Part shown: positions 49,214 to 58,538 of the stretch, piece after piece | Position numbering within the stretch: the first letter of the stretch is position 1 | Layout of the letters: each line of letters opens with the position of its first letter | Source: Gemmatimonadaceae bacterium | GTDB taxonomy: Bacteria; Gemmatimonadota; Gemmatimonadetes; Gemmatimonadales; Gemmatimonadaceae | DNA length: 64,000 bases | Reading direction: 5' to 3' | Assembly: GCA_044224875.1 (NCBI GenBank) | Contig: JBGAJQ010000006.1 | Location: 32,001-96,000, forward strand | Translations under genes and position numbers: made by a program | The notes under the pieces: generated by a model | Told to the model about the DNA's origin: nothing | Seen by the model: only the letters and a program-made list of their open reading frames with translations | Database searches by the model: none

Positions 49214-50870
49214 TCAGTCGACGCGCCGGACCGCCACGCCTCGCGAGTTGTGGCTGGTGACGGCGCTGACCGCGGTGGCCTTTGGGATGCGCGTCTGGCA
49301 GCTACAGCACGCCGGTCTCTCGCAGTTTGATGAGGGTGTGTACGTCTTCAGCGGCCTCGGGCTGGTGGATCCGTCCCAGCCGCACCGCTTGTTCCCGGAT
49401 CAGCAGAAATTCTCACCGCCGGTCTACTTCTCCCTCGTCGCGCTATCGTACCTGCTGGGTGGCATATCGGACCGATCGGCGATCTTCGTGAATGTGGTGC
49501 TGGGCACACTGACCGTCCCTGCGCTCTGGTGCGTTGCTCGACAGTGGGTCGGTGGTCCGGCGGCCGTGGCCGCGGCCGCGATGTTAGCGGTGGCGGGAAA
49601 TCACGTCGAACTCTCGCGCGTGGCGCTCACCGACGTCACCTTCGCACTGGTCTTCCTCTTGGCCCTTGGCGCCGTGCGCTGGGCGCTCGACGCGACGCGA
49701 ACCGCCAGCTCAATCGCGGCCGGCCTCGTCGTGGGCTTGGCATGGAACACGAAGTACCACGGATGGTTCGCCTTGGTGCTCGGGGCGATGGTCATCGCCG
49801 CACGCTGGCGTGTCGAGGGTGAGCCCTTGGCCGCACTGCGACAGCGCATCAAGAGCTGGCTGATCATGTCCGCGGTCGCGTTGCTCTGCTATCTCCCGTG
49901 GACGCTGTTCATTCAAGGACAGTCAGGCGCAACGGCAGGATGGGCCGCCTACTTTGCGACCATGCTGCGGATCAACTGGATCGGCAACCTGGTCATCCAT
50001 GCCCAGCGTCTGTGGATGCTGGAGAGCCCGTGGTCACGCGCTTCGGTCGGCGCGGCGTTGCTGCTCGTCGCGCTCGTGCGCACGGCACGCCCTCGTCTCT
50101 CGAGGCGCGCGCTGTTCCTCGCTGTCCTTGGTGCAATCCTCGGCGCCGCCGGGACTGCGGTGGGGTTGTCGATCTGGGTAGCGTGGCGTGAGTGGCGGTC
50201 CCGACCAAGTACCGGCGTGTGGCTGGCGATAGCCGTCGTGGTCCTTTGGATCGTGATGGCGCCCTTGTATCAGCCATACTTTCGTCTGCTACTCCCGTTC
50301 TCCATTGCGACGTTCATCCTGACGGGGCGGGCCATGGAATGGCTGGCTGTGGAGGATGCGGGCACCCATGCCGCGCCTCGATGGGCGGTGCCGGCGGTGC
50401 TGGCTGGCAGCTTGGCCATCGCGATGGCGATGCCGAGTCGGTCTTCTGCATGGCGTTCGGCGCGAGGTCTGGCTGAGGCGGCGGAAACCATTGACACGTT
50501 GGTCCCCCGCGGCGCGCCGGTGGCCGTGATCGGCGAGCCACCGCTCGCGTTCTATCTCCATCAGCGCGGCCATCCGTCGTTCGACCGGACGGTGCTACCC
50601 GATCTGGATCGCGCCACGACGCCGATGTATGTGGTAACGGGTCATTATGCACGCCGCGCCCCGAGCTTGCGCGATGGACTGGCTGAGCGCCGAGTCGCCA
50701 TTGAGCCGATTGGCCGCATTCCCGTCGATCCCACCGACCTTCGGCTATTCGATGACTACAGCCCCGGCGGCGCCGTAGCCTATCGCCAGCACCCGGACAC
50801 CATGTACGACCTCGTGCTGTTCCGCTTCGATCCTTCAAAACGCCATCCGGCCAAGGCTCCCCTCCCGTGA
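49200..50870 (+). CDS. ArnT/PMT-like (GT-C) glycosyltransferase
   Basis: GGAGG-ATG 49200. FDEGVY acidic motif after TM1, PPVY, SRVALTD and TKYHG. Confidence 0.75.
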   Translation: MSGLDQSTRRTATPRELWLVTALTAVAFGMRVWQLQHAGLSQFDEGVYVFSGLGLVDPSQPHRLFPDQQKFSPPVYFSLVALSYLLGGISDRSAIFVNVVLGTLTVPALWCVARQWVGGPAAVAAAAMLAVAGNHVELSRVALTDVTFALVFLLALGAVRWALDATRTASSIAAGLVVGLAWNTKYHGWFALVLGAMVIAARWRVEGEPLAALRQRIKSWLIMSAVALLCYLPWTLFIQGQSGATAGWAAYFATMLRINWIGNLVIHAQRLWMLESPWSRASVGAALLLVALVRTARPRLSRRALFLAVLGAILGAAGTAVGLSIWVAWREWRSRPSTGVWLAIAVVVLWIVMAPLYQPYFRLLLPFSIATFILTGRAMEWLAVEDAGTHAAPRWAVPAVLAGSLAIAMAMPSRSSAWRSARGLAEAAETIDTLVPRGAPVAVIGEPPLAFYLHQRGHPSFDRTVLPDLDRATTPMYVVTGHYARRAPSLRDGLAERRVAIEPIGRIPVDPTDLRLFDDYSPGGAVAYRQHPDTMYDLVLFRFDPSKRHPAKAPLP

Positions 50871-52906
50871 ACGACGCGGTCGATCTCCTGCGGTGGAGGC
50901 GTTGGCTGGTCCTGCTCTTCGCGGCAGGCGTCGTCGGTGTGCCCGCTGACCATCTGGTCGGGCGCGCCGCCGGGATGACCGCGCTGGCCAACGGGCCGTC
51001 GCCGTACTTCGTGGCGGGGCACGCATTGACGTTGTACCTGCTCGTTCCGTTGGCGGTGCTTTCGAGCCTCGTGCTGTACCTGCTACCCGGGTTGATGCTG
51101 GCGGTCGTGGCCGGCTGGGCGACGTCGATGACAGCATGGACGGTCACGGGCATGTTGCTGTCCCTGGTGGTGGTGAGCGTGACGGGCGGCGTCGCGACGG
51201 CGGTGGCCGGTGGGCCCGTCGAGGGAATCGCCAGTGTGGCGGTGACGCTCGGCGTTGCGGCGGTGTGTGCGGCCCTGGCTGACCGACAGGTGCACAGCGG
51301 CCGGCGGCGGGCGCCCGCGTGCGACGCCGACGAGCGCTGGACGATCGTCTTGATGGTGTTGTTGCCGCTGATCACCTACTGGCTGATGTCACCGAAGTTC
51401 CTGTGGGAGACGCTGAACGGTGATGGTGTGCACGCGTTCGAGTCCTCGCGGCGTTTGGTACGCCACGCGTTCCCGTTTTGGCCTGTGTCGGCGGGACCCG
51501 TGTCGCACTTTCCCGGCATGACATCGATGTTGTTCGCCTTTCCGAACGCGTACTTCTTCCGCCTGTTCGGAGAAATCGACGCCGCAGCGCGCCTGCCGTT
51601 CCTGTTGTACCTCCCCGTGCTTTTTTCCGGGCTGTTGGCGTTGGGAAGCCGTGATGGTCGCCGAGTACCGCCGCTCACTCAGGCCGCGGTGGCGGTGGGC
51701 TTGCTCGCCTACGCCTACGCGATGGCCTACTCCGCGACCTACAATCCGTACAGCGCCGACATCGCGTTGCCAGCCACGCAAGACACCCTGCTCATGGTCT
51801 GCTTTGTGGCGGCGGCCGGGGCATACTGGCGCCGTGACTGGGGCATGTTGTGGCTGTCGGCTGGGCTCACGTACCTGTCACTCCCCAGCGGCCTGATGCT
51901 GATGGGTTTCTTGCTGGTCGCTGACCTATTGGTGACCCGCCCCGTGCCGTGGCGCCAAGGCGTGCGCTTGGCGACGACGATTCTCGGGTGCGCGATTGGC
52001 GCGGCGATCCTTGCGCGTGCGGTCGTGCTCATGGGGTCGCCCGCACCGGGCCGAGAGTACGGGACGCTCGGCATCCTCCGCTACTTTGCCTTCTTGCAGT
52101 TCACGGACTGGACGCGACTGGCGCTGGTTGTTGTGCCTGCCGGCATCCTGCCCTACATCATGATGTTTCGATGGCCGGTCCTGGACCGTGCGTCGCGCGC
52201 CCTGATGCTGGTGACCGTGGCGTACTTTCTCTTCTTCTACGTCCAAGCCAACATCTCGGTGCACCACTTCGTTCCGGCCATGCTGCTCCCCGTACCGATG
52301 GCGTTGCGGGCCATGACGCGCGAGCCGCGCGCGGTCTCGCGCTGGTCGCTCGCCTGGTTGGGCGCCGCAGCGGCGTCGGTACTGTTCTCATTGCCCCGTA
52401 CATTTGCCGTCGAAACGGACGGACGGGCCGTCGGTCGCGCGGTGAGTGTGAACACGGGAGACTACGCCAAGTCGGACGCCGCCGTCTTTGCGTCCTCATT
52501 TCTGCTGAACCGACTCTTCCCGTACGACTGGGATCCGCTCGTGCCATTCGCTGCGTATGGCGGGTCGCCACTCTCCTGGAACCGATACGCGTTGCATGGT
52601 CTGCCGTCAGACTCAACGGCGTATGCGATTGTGCCGGTAGGGGCAGCCGCACCCGCTGGCATGCGCCTTGTGGCGTCGGATTCCACCGGGATGCTGTACT
52701 TGCGCGACGAGGCCCGGTGGATGGCGGACCTTGCGCGTCGTCCGGCGACGCCGGCGGGCAGCTCGACGTACTTCGTGCCGCGATCCATCCTCTTCCGCGC
52801 CGTCCCACACCACGGGAGTCCGCCGATCGTCGACGTCGTCGCGACGTTGGAGTCCTGGGGGGTCGACGTCGATCCGATCCTTGCTCGTCTCGGAGTGAAA
52901 CGTTAG
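50867..52906 (+). CDS. Polytopic membrane protein of unknown function, possibly GT-C-like
   Basis: GTGA overlap with the upstream gene, many TM segments, loop ETLNGDGVHAFE. Confidence 0.55.
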   Translation: MNDAVDLLRWRRWLVLLFAAGVVGVPADHLVGRAAGMTALANGPSPYFVAGHALTLYLLVPLAVLSSLVLYLLPGLMLAVVAGWATSMTAWTVTGMLLSLVVVSVTGGVATAVAGGPVEGIASVAVTLGVAAVCAALADRQVHSGRRRAPACDADERWTIVLMVLLPLITYWLMSPKFLWETLNGDGVHAFESSRRLVRHAFPFWPVSAGPVSHFPGMTSMLFAFPNAYFFRLFGEIDAAARLPFLLYLPVLFSGLLALGSRDGRRVPPLTQAAVAVGLLAYAYAMAYSATYNPYSADIALPATQDTLLMVCFVAAAGAYWRRDWGMLWLSAGLTYLSLPSGLMLMGFLLVADLLVTRPVPWRQGVRLATTILGCAIGAAILARAVVLMGSPAPGREYGTLGILRYFAFLQFTDWTRLALVVVPAGILPYIMMFRWPVLDRASRALMLVTVAYFLFFYVQANISVHHFVPAMLLPVPMALRAMTREPRAVSRWSLAWLGAAAASVLFSLPRTFAVETDGRAVGRAVSVNTGDYAKSDAAVFASSFLLNRLFPYDWDPLVPFAAYGGSPLSWNRYALHGLPSDSTAYAIVPVGAAAPAGMRLVASDSTGMLYLRDEARWMADLARRPATPAGSSTYFVPRSILFRAVPHHGSPPIVDVVATLESWGVDVDPILARLGVKR

Positions 52907-52908
52907 GC

Positions 52909-54513
52909 ATGGCGACCCGCGTACGCTCCCTCTGGGTCTTCCTGCCTCTGGCCCTCGGCGCACTGCTCGCGCTCGCGTGGGTGCGCCTTACCGGTGGCAC
53001 ACCGATCCTCCGGCTGCTCGGGCAAGCTGAGTGGTCGGTCATGTTCTCGATGCTGGGCCTCACGGCGGCTTGGCTCGTCCTGCGATTCCTCCGCTGGCAG
53101 TTTCTGCTGCGTCGCGTCGGCGTGCGGCTCCCCATCCGACCAACGTTGGCCAGCTACATCGCGGCGCTTCCCGGAACGGCGACCCCGGCGTACGTCGGCG
53201 AAGTGGCTCGCGCGGTGTTCCTGCGACGACGGTTCGGCACACCGCTGCGACCACTCATCGGCATGCTGGTCATGGAGCGTCTCCTGGACGTGGCGGCGTT
53301 GGCAGTGATCGTTGCAGTTGGCGGTGGACCGACGGGCGTGCCACTGGGCGCCGCGTTCCTGGTGGCGTCTGTCGTCGGGCTGATGCTTCTGGCGTTGGTC
53401 GGACGACGTGCCGGGATCTCGCCGGAGGCCATCGCACGGTTGCGGTCGCCCGGGACACTGCTCGTCGCCCTTGGTGCGTCCCTCGTGGCGTGGGCCTTTG
53501 CCGGCTTGCTGTATGGCGTGGGTTCGGCGGCCCTCGGTGAGCGACTCCCCCTGGTGGGAGGTGCAACCGTGCTGGCGCGATCTACGCTACTTGGCGCCTT
53601 GACGCTGGCGCCCGCCGGCGTCGGGGCCACGGGGAGCATTGCCATTGTGCAGCTGCAACAAATGGGCATGGCGCTGACATCCGCGGTGTCGCTGGTCACC
53701 CTGGTGCGCCTGACGAGCACAGGTGCCGCTTTGGCCGTCGGCACGGTCTTCTTGTGGCGAGAGTGGCAAGGGTCCCGGGCCCCGGTGGAGGAGGGGGTCG
53801 CGCACTTTGACGAAATTGCCCAGGAATACAACGCGCAGTGGTCACCGCACGTGTGGGACCTGCTGCTCGATCGCAAGCTGACGCTCATGGCGCAGGCGTT
53901 GCCGTCTCCACCAGAGCGGGCGGGTGTTGGTATTGACCTAGGATGCGGCCTGGGAATCCAGACTGCGGAAATGCGCCGGCGGGGGTTTGCGGTCATCGGC
54001 GTCGAGCCGTCCGTGGGGCTGCTCCAGCAGAAGCGCGCCGGCGGTGCCCCGGTTGTTGCTGGCGACGCCATGAAGCTGCCAGTGCAAACGGCCAGCGTGG
54101 ACTTCGTCTTCCTCATTGGCGTGTTGCACCACCTGCCAGGCCGCGATGCACAGCGCGAGGCGCTGCAGGAAATCGCGCGGATCCTGAGGCCGGGTGGGAC
54201 GCTCCTTGTTCACGAGAGCAACCCACGGAATCCACTCTTTCGATTCTACATGGGGTATTTGTTCCCGATTCTGAAGAGTATTGATGAGGGCACGGAATGG
54301 TGGATCGATCCACGCAGCTGGCGATCGGCAGCGGGCTTCGACCTGGATGTTGTGAGATACTTCACGTTTCTCCCGGACTTCACGCCACGTTTCATGATGG
54401 GCCCGGCCATGGCAGTGGAGCGCTGGCTGGAACGCGGTCCGACGAGAGGGTATTCTGCCCACTACCTCGCCGTGTTGCGTCGGGGCAACGGGCCCGTTCA
54501 GGGGTCCAAGTAG
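52909..54513 (+). CDS. Fusion of a UPF0104 / LPG-synthase-TM (flippase-like) domain and a class I SAM methyltransferase
   Basis: N-terminal: RFLRWQFLL, TPAYVGEVAR, MERLLD, PAGVGA, LVRL. C-terminal: IDLGCGLG, GDAMKLP, VLHH, ILRPGG. Start placed at ATG 52909. Confidence 0.75.
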   Translation: MATRVRSLWVFLPLALGALLALAWVRLTGGTPILRLLGQAEWSVMFSMLGLTAAWLVLRFLRWQFLLRRVGVRLPIRPTLASYIAALPGTATPAYVGEVARAVFLRRRFGTPLRPLIGMLVMERLLDVAALAVIVAVGGGPTGVPLGAAFLVASVVGLMLLALVGRRAGISPEAIARLRSPGTLLVALGASLVAWAFAGLLYGVGSAALGERLPLVGGATVLARSTLLGALTLAPAGVGATGSIAIVQLQQMGMALTSAVSLVTLVRLTSTGAALAVGTVFLWREWQGSRAPVEEGVAHFDEIAQEYNAQWSPHVWDLLLDRKLTLMAQALPSPPERAGVGIDLGCGLGIQTAEMRRRGFAVIGVEPSVGLLQQKRAGGAPVVAGDAMKLPVQTASVDFVFLIGVLHHLPGRDAQREALQEIARILRPGGTLLVHESNPRNPLFRFYMGYLFPILKSIDEGTEWWIDPRSWRSAAGFDLDVVRYFTFLPDFTPRFMMGPAMAVERWLERGPTRGYSAHYLAVLRRGNGPVQGSK

Positions 54514-54603
54514 TCGTGCCCGAGGCGATATGAGCTCCCGGCCGATGTCGCTTCCTCGCGCAGCGGGGCAACCTCGGGGCGAACCAGGCCTTTGGAGGAT
54601 GAC

Positions 54604-56823
54604 ATGACGGCTGACGCTCGCCGTGTCCGTATATTCGCTTCAGTCACGCTTGCCTTGGTCGTCGCGTGTTCCGGCGGCGACACCGCCGCGCCGAATATCA
54701 TTGCAGCTACTCCCACGCGCGTTGTCGTTGCGCCGTCCTCAGCGTCCGTTGCCGTCGGCGGCACGCAGCGGCTGCTGGCGACGCTGTACGACCAGAACAA
54801 CAACGTGATGTCGGGATACTCGATGGCATGGTCCACGTCGGATCAATCCATTGCAACCGTCAGCTCCGCCGGAGTGGCCACAGGTGTTGGAGCCGGGAAC
54901 GCGACCATCTCGGCGGTGGCCGGCGGTGTCACAGGCACCGCGTCCATCACCGTCACGGCTACCACCGTGACCCGCGTGCAGCTCACCCCCGCCGCCGCGA
55001 CGGTCGATGTTGGGTCCACCACGACGCTGACCGCGACCGGGTACGACGCGCAAAACGCCGTGGTCCCTGGTCGTCAGGCCGCGTTCAGCAGCTCCAACAA
55101 CTCAGCGGCCACGGTCAGCAGCGCCGGTGTTGTCACTGGCGTGGCCGCGGGATCGGCGACGATCTCGGGTACCATCGATGGCGCGACGGGGACCAGCACT
55201 ATCACTGTGCGCGCACCCGGGTCGGGCGCGGTGCAGTCGGTGACAGTAGTGCCAAGCCCCGTGAGTGTAATTCTGGGAAGCACCAGCGCGCTCACCGCCG
55301 TGGCGAAGGACGCGCAGGGAAACGTCATCACCGGCAGGGCAGTGACCTGGAGTTCGGCGACCACCTCTGTGGCGACCGTGAACGCGTCTGGAGTCGTCAC
55401 CGGTGTCGCCATCGGGACTGCAGTGATCAGCGCGACGATCGACGGCGTCGTCGGCGCGTCGACGGCGACCGTGGTGACCCTGCCGACCGGCAACGCCATC
55501 AGCGTGGATCCATCGCAAACGTTCCAGACCATCAATGGGTGGGAAGGGACGGGATCGATCGGCGAGGTCGAGTGCGATCAAACCGCCTTTCAGATCTACA
55601 AGGGGCCGGTCATCGATCGTCTGGCGAACGAGCTGGGCATCAACCGCGTGCGATTGCAGGTGCGCAGCGGGTACGAGTCGCCCGTCGACTACTTCGGGCA
55701 GTATCGAAGCGGGCAAATCACCTACGCACAGTGGCAGGCCAATTGGTACACGCCGGTCAACGATAACGCCAATGCCAGTAACACCGATCCCACCAGGTTC
55801 CAATGGGGATGGCTCGACTATCAGATTGACGAAGTGGTTGTGCCGTTGATGGCCAAGTTGCAGGCCCGCGGTGAGAGGCTCTACGTGAACTTGAACTACA
55901 TCGACTTTGCGCAGGGCAAGACAAAGTCATTCATTCAGATCAAGCAGCCGCAGGAGTACGCGGAATTCATCGCTGCGGCGTTCACGCACATCAAGCAGAA
56001 GTACGGCTGGTCACCGGACGCCCTGGAGATCATCCTCGAGCCGTCGAATGCCGGGGACGTGAACACCGGCGTGTACGGGACGGACCTTGGACCGGCCGTC
56101 GTGGCAGCGGCCAGCCGCCTTTCATCGTTAGGCTTCACGCCGGACATCATTGCGCCCTCGGACGCCTCCATGAGCGGGTCGGTGACGTTTTACGACCAGA
56201 TGATCCAGACGCCAGGGGCACTCTCCTACATCAAGGAACTATCGTATCACCGCTACCAGGGGGTCTCGCTCTCGGCGTTGCAGGCCATCGCCTTCCGAGG
56301 CCAGCGCGATCATGTCCGCACGGCCATGCTTGAATGGAACCAGGGCGTGAACATCGACACCCTGATCGAGGATCTGACGGTAGGAAATGTCTCGGCGTGG
56401 CAGCAGTTCAGCATGGCGTATTGCTCGCAGTCGACGCAGGCTGGCGCCACCGGCATCTACTACCAGGTGAACCAGTCCAATCCGTCGAATCCCATCGTCA
56501 CGATGACGAACAACGCACGCGACTATCGCCAGATCTTCCTGTATGTTCGAGCGGGGGCCGTGCGAGTGGGCGCCACTTCCGGGAATCCCTCCGTGCTGAC
56601 AACCGTCGCATTTCGGAATGCCAACGGAAAGCACGTGGCGGTCGTACGCTCACAGTCGGCGGCGGCTTTTTCGGTGACGGGACTTCCCGCCGGCACCTAC
56701 GGCGTCAACTTCAATTCATTCGCGCAGAATGGAGTGAACATGCCGGACGTGGTCGTGACGAGTGGCGGCGTGCTGAGCGCTGCCGCACCATCGAAGGGTG
56801 TGATGACCTTCTACCAGCGGTGA
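54604..56823 (+). CDS. Lipoprotein with 3 Big_2 repeats and a clan GH-A (GH30/GH5-like) glycoside hydrolase domain
   Basis: GGAGGA-ATG, lipobox VVAC, FQTINGW, LGINRVR, ILEP (putative acid/base), SYHRY, MLEW (putative nucleophile) and VAFRN beta-sandwich. Confidence 0.65.
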   Translation: MTADARRVRIFASVTLALVVACSGGDTAAPNIIAATPTRVVVAPSSASVAVGGTQRLLATLYDQNNNVMSGYSMAWSTSDQSIATVSSAGVATGVGAGNATISAVAGGVTGTASITVTATTVTRVQLTPAAATVDVGSTTTLTATGYDAQNAVVPGRQAAFSSSNNSAATVSSAGVVTGVAAGSATISGTIDGATGTSTITVRAPGSGAVQSVTVVPSPVSVILGSTSALTAVAKDAQGNVITGRAVTWSSATTSVATVNASGVVTGVAIGTAVISATIDGVVGASTATVVTLPTGNAISVDPSQTFQTINGWEGTGSIGEVECDQTAFQIYKGPVIDRLANELGINRVRLQVRSGYESPVDYFGQYRSGQITYAQWQANWYTPVNDNANASNTDPTRFQWGWLDYQIDEVVVPLMAKLQARGERLYVNLNYIDFAQGKTKSFIQIKQPQEYAEFIAAAFTHIKQKYGWSPDALEIILEPSNAGDVNTGVYGTDLGPAVVAAASRLSSLGFTPDIIAPSDASMSGSVTFYDQMIQTPGALSYIKELSYHRYQGVSLSALQAIAFRGQRDHVRTAMLEWNQGVNIDTLIEDLTVGNVSAWQQFSMAYCSQSTQAGATGIYYQVNQSNPSNPIVTMTNNARDYRQIFLYVRAGAVRVGATSGNPSVLTTVAFRNANGKHVAVVRSQSAAAFSVTGLPAGTYGVNFNSFAQNGVNMPDVVVTSGGVLSAAAPSKGVMTFYQR

Positions 56824-58538
56824 CCACGCGGTTCGTTGGAGCTTGGCGCTCGCGCACTCGGCTCGTGACCGGGTGCATGGTCGCGTTGGCAGTCGTTGGA
56901 TGCAGGTACTCCGACTCGGACATCGCGCCTGACGTGGCGGCGCACGCCGCGCGAGCGGCGGCCGCGTCCGTTGCGTTCATCGACCTGGGAACGGAGGCGC
57001 TCGTTCTTGCTCCTGGCACCGCCGCCTCGCTCAACCCCGTTGCCTACGACTCAACGGGGATGGCACTCACCAATCGCCCGATCACGTACGTCAGCCTGAA
57101 TCCCGCCGTGGCCGTGGTGGACGATCGCGGCCGAGTTGAGGGGATGACGCCGGGTCAGTCCAGTATCGTGTTGGCGGCCGGTGCAGCGCGGGATACGGTG
57201 GGCGTGGCAGTTGAGGCTGACGGCAAAGGCGCCGCGGTGGTCCATGTCTTTCCCGGGCAGGCGTTCCAGCGCATGGAGGGATGGGAGGCACATCATCAGT
57301 CCGGTGAGCTCGACTGCAATCCCGCGAACTTCGCCAGGTACCAGAACGAGCTCTTTGATCGAGCGGTCCAGGAACTGGGCATCAACCGCCTGCGGCTCGA
57401 GGTGCGAAGCGGCATGGAGGCTCCGCACCTGCGAAATCCCGGTGGAAACGAGGCGCAGTCCCGCGCCGTTTCGTTTGGCACGCCATGGTTCTCACCGGTC
57501 AACGACAATGAGGATCCGTCCGTCGCGGACTCCTTGGGGTTCCAGTTCGACTGGTTCGACTACAACGTCACCAGTACCATCCTCCCCCTGCGTGAGCGTC
57601 TGTCGAAGAGCGGTGAACGCCTGATCTTGAACCTGACCTACGTGGACTTCTTCCGCAGCACCCCGTTCGAGCAGATGCGCGATCCGCGCGAATACGCGGA
57701 GTTGCTGGCGGTGACGTTCGATCACATGCAGAAGAAGTTCGGCTTTGTGCCGGATGCCGTGGAGACGATCCTCGAGCCGGACAACACGCCGTGGACACCA
57801 GAACAGGTTGGCGCGGCGATCGTTGCGGCTGGCGATCGTCTGGCAGCCGCCGGTTTCCGGCCACAGTTTCTGGCCCCATCCACGACGAACCTGGGTGCGG
57901 CGGTCCGGTACTACGATCGCCTGCACCGAGTGCCCCGGGTGAACGAGTACGTGCGAACGCTCGTGTATCACCGCTACTCGGGTGTCAGTCATGCCTCGTT
58001 GCATCAGTTGCGACTGCGCGCCCGTCGCGACGGGCTTGGCATGGCGATGCTGGAGCACATGGGCGGGACGGCGGAGGAGCTGCATGAGGACCTGACGGTT
58101 GGGCAGGTCGGCGCCTGGGAGCGGTTCGCGTTGGCGTACTGCAGTCAGCGAGTCAATCCGGATGCCGAGGGCGTCTACTACCAAATCGCCCTGAAACGCG
58201 GCGCCGCCCCCCAGGTCGTGTTCACGAACGAGGCGCGGTTGCTCCGGCACTACTTCCTCTACGTTCGCGAAGGCGCCCAGCGGATTGGCGCAGCCTCCAC
58301 GGACCCGAACGTCGCACCAGTCGCGTTCCGCAACACGAATGGGTCCCAGGTCGTCATATTACGGTCACGTCGTGGCGGACCCTTCTCCGTGGCTGGTTTG
58401 GCGCCGGGTCGTTATGCGGTGATGTGGACGACCAGCGCCAACGGCCGCTCCGAAAGCCAGGACGTGGAAGTGGCAACAGGTGGCCGCGTGAAGGCCACCA
58501 TACCAGACGCCGGTCTCGTCACGATCTATCCACACTGA
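56820..58538 (+). CDS. Paralogous lipoprotein with 1 Big_2 repeat and a GH-A-like domain
   Basis: GTGA overlap, lipobox VVGC, FQRMEGWE, LGINRLR, ILEP, YHRY, MLEH and VAFRN. Confidence 0.65.
   Translation: MTTRFVGAWRSRTRLVTGCMVALAVVGCRYSDSDIAPDVAAHAARAAAASVAFIDLGTEALVLAPGTAASLNPVAYDSTGMALTNRPITYVSLNPAVAVVDDRGRVEGMTPGQSSIVLAAGAARDTVGVAVEADGKGAAVVHVFPGQAFQRMEGWEAHHQSGELDCNPANFARYQNELFDRAVQELGINRLRLEVRSGMEAPHLRNPGGNEAQSRAVSFGTPWFSPVNDNEDPSVADSLGFQFDWFDYNVTSTILPLRERLSKSGERLILNLTYVDFFRSTPFEQMRDPREYAELLAVTFDHMQKKFGFVPDAVETILEPDNTPWTPEQVGAAIVAAGDRLAAAGFRPQFLAPSTTNLGAAVRYYDRLHRVPRVNEYVRTLVYHRYSGVSHASLHQLRLRARRDGLGMAMLEHMGGTAEELHEDLTVGQVGAWERFALAYCSQRVNPDAEGVYYQIALKRGAAPQVVFTNEARLLRHYFLYVREGAQRIGAASTDPNVAPVAFRNTNGSQVVILRSRRGGPFSVAGLAPGRYAVMWTTSANGRSESQDVEVATGGRVKATIPDAGLVTIYPH

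Noticed and set aside
51949..52908. 320-aa N-terminal extension of the flippase-methyltransferase ORF
   Set aside because: Overlaps the 50867-52906 gene in another frame. ATG 52909 directly follows that gene's stop.
56334..56819. N-terminal extension of the second GH lipoprotein
   Set aside because: Overlaps the upstream gene. GTG 56820 gives a proper signal peptide and lipobox.
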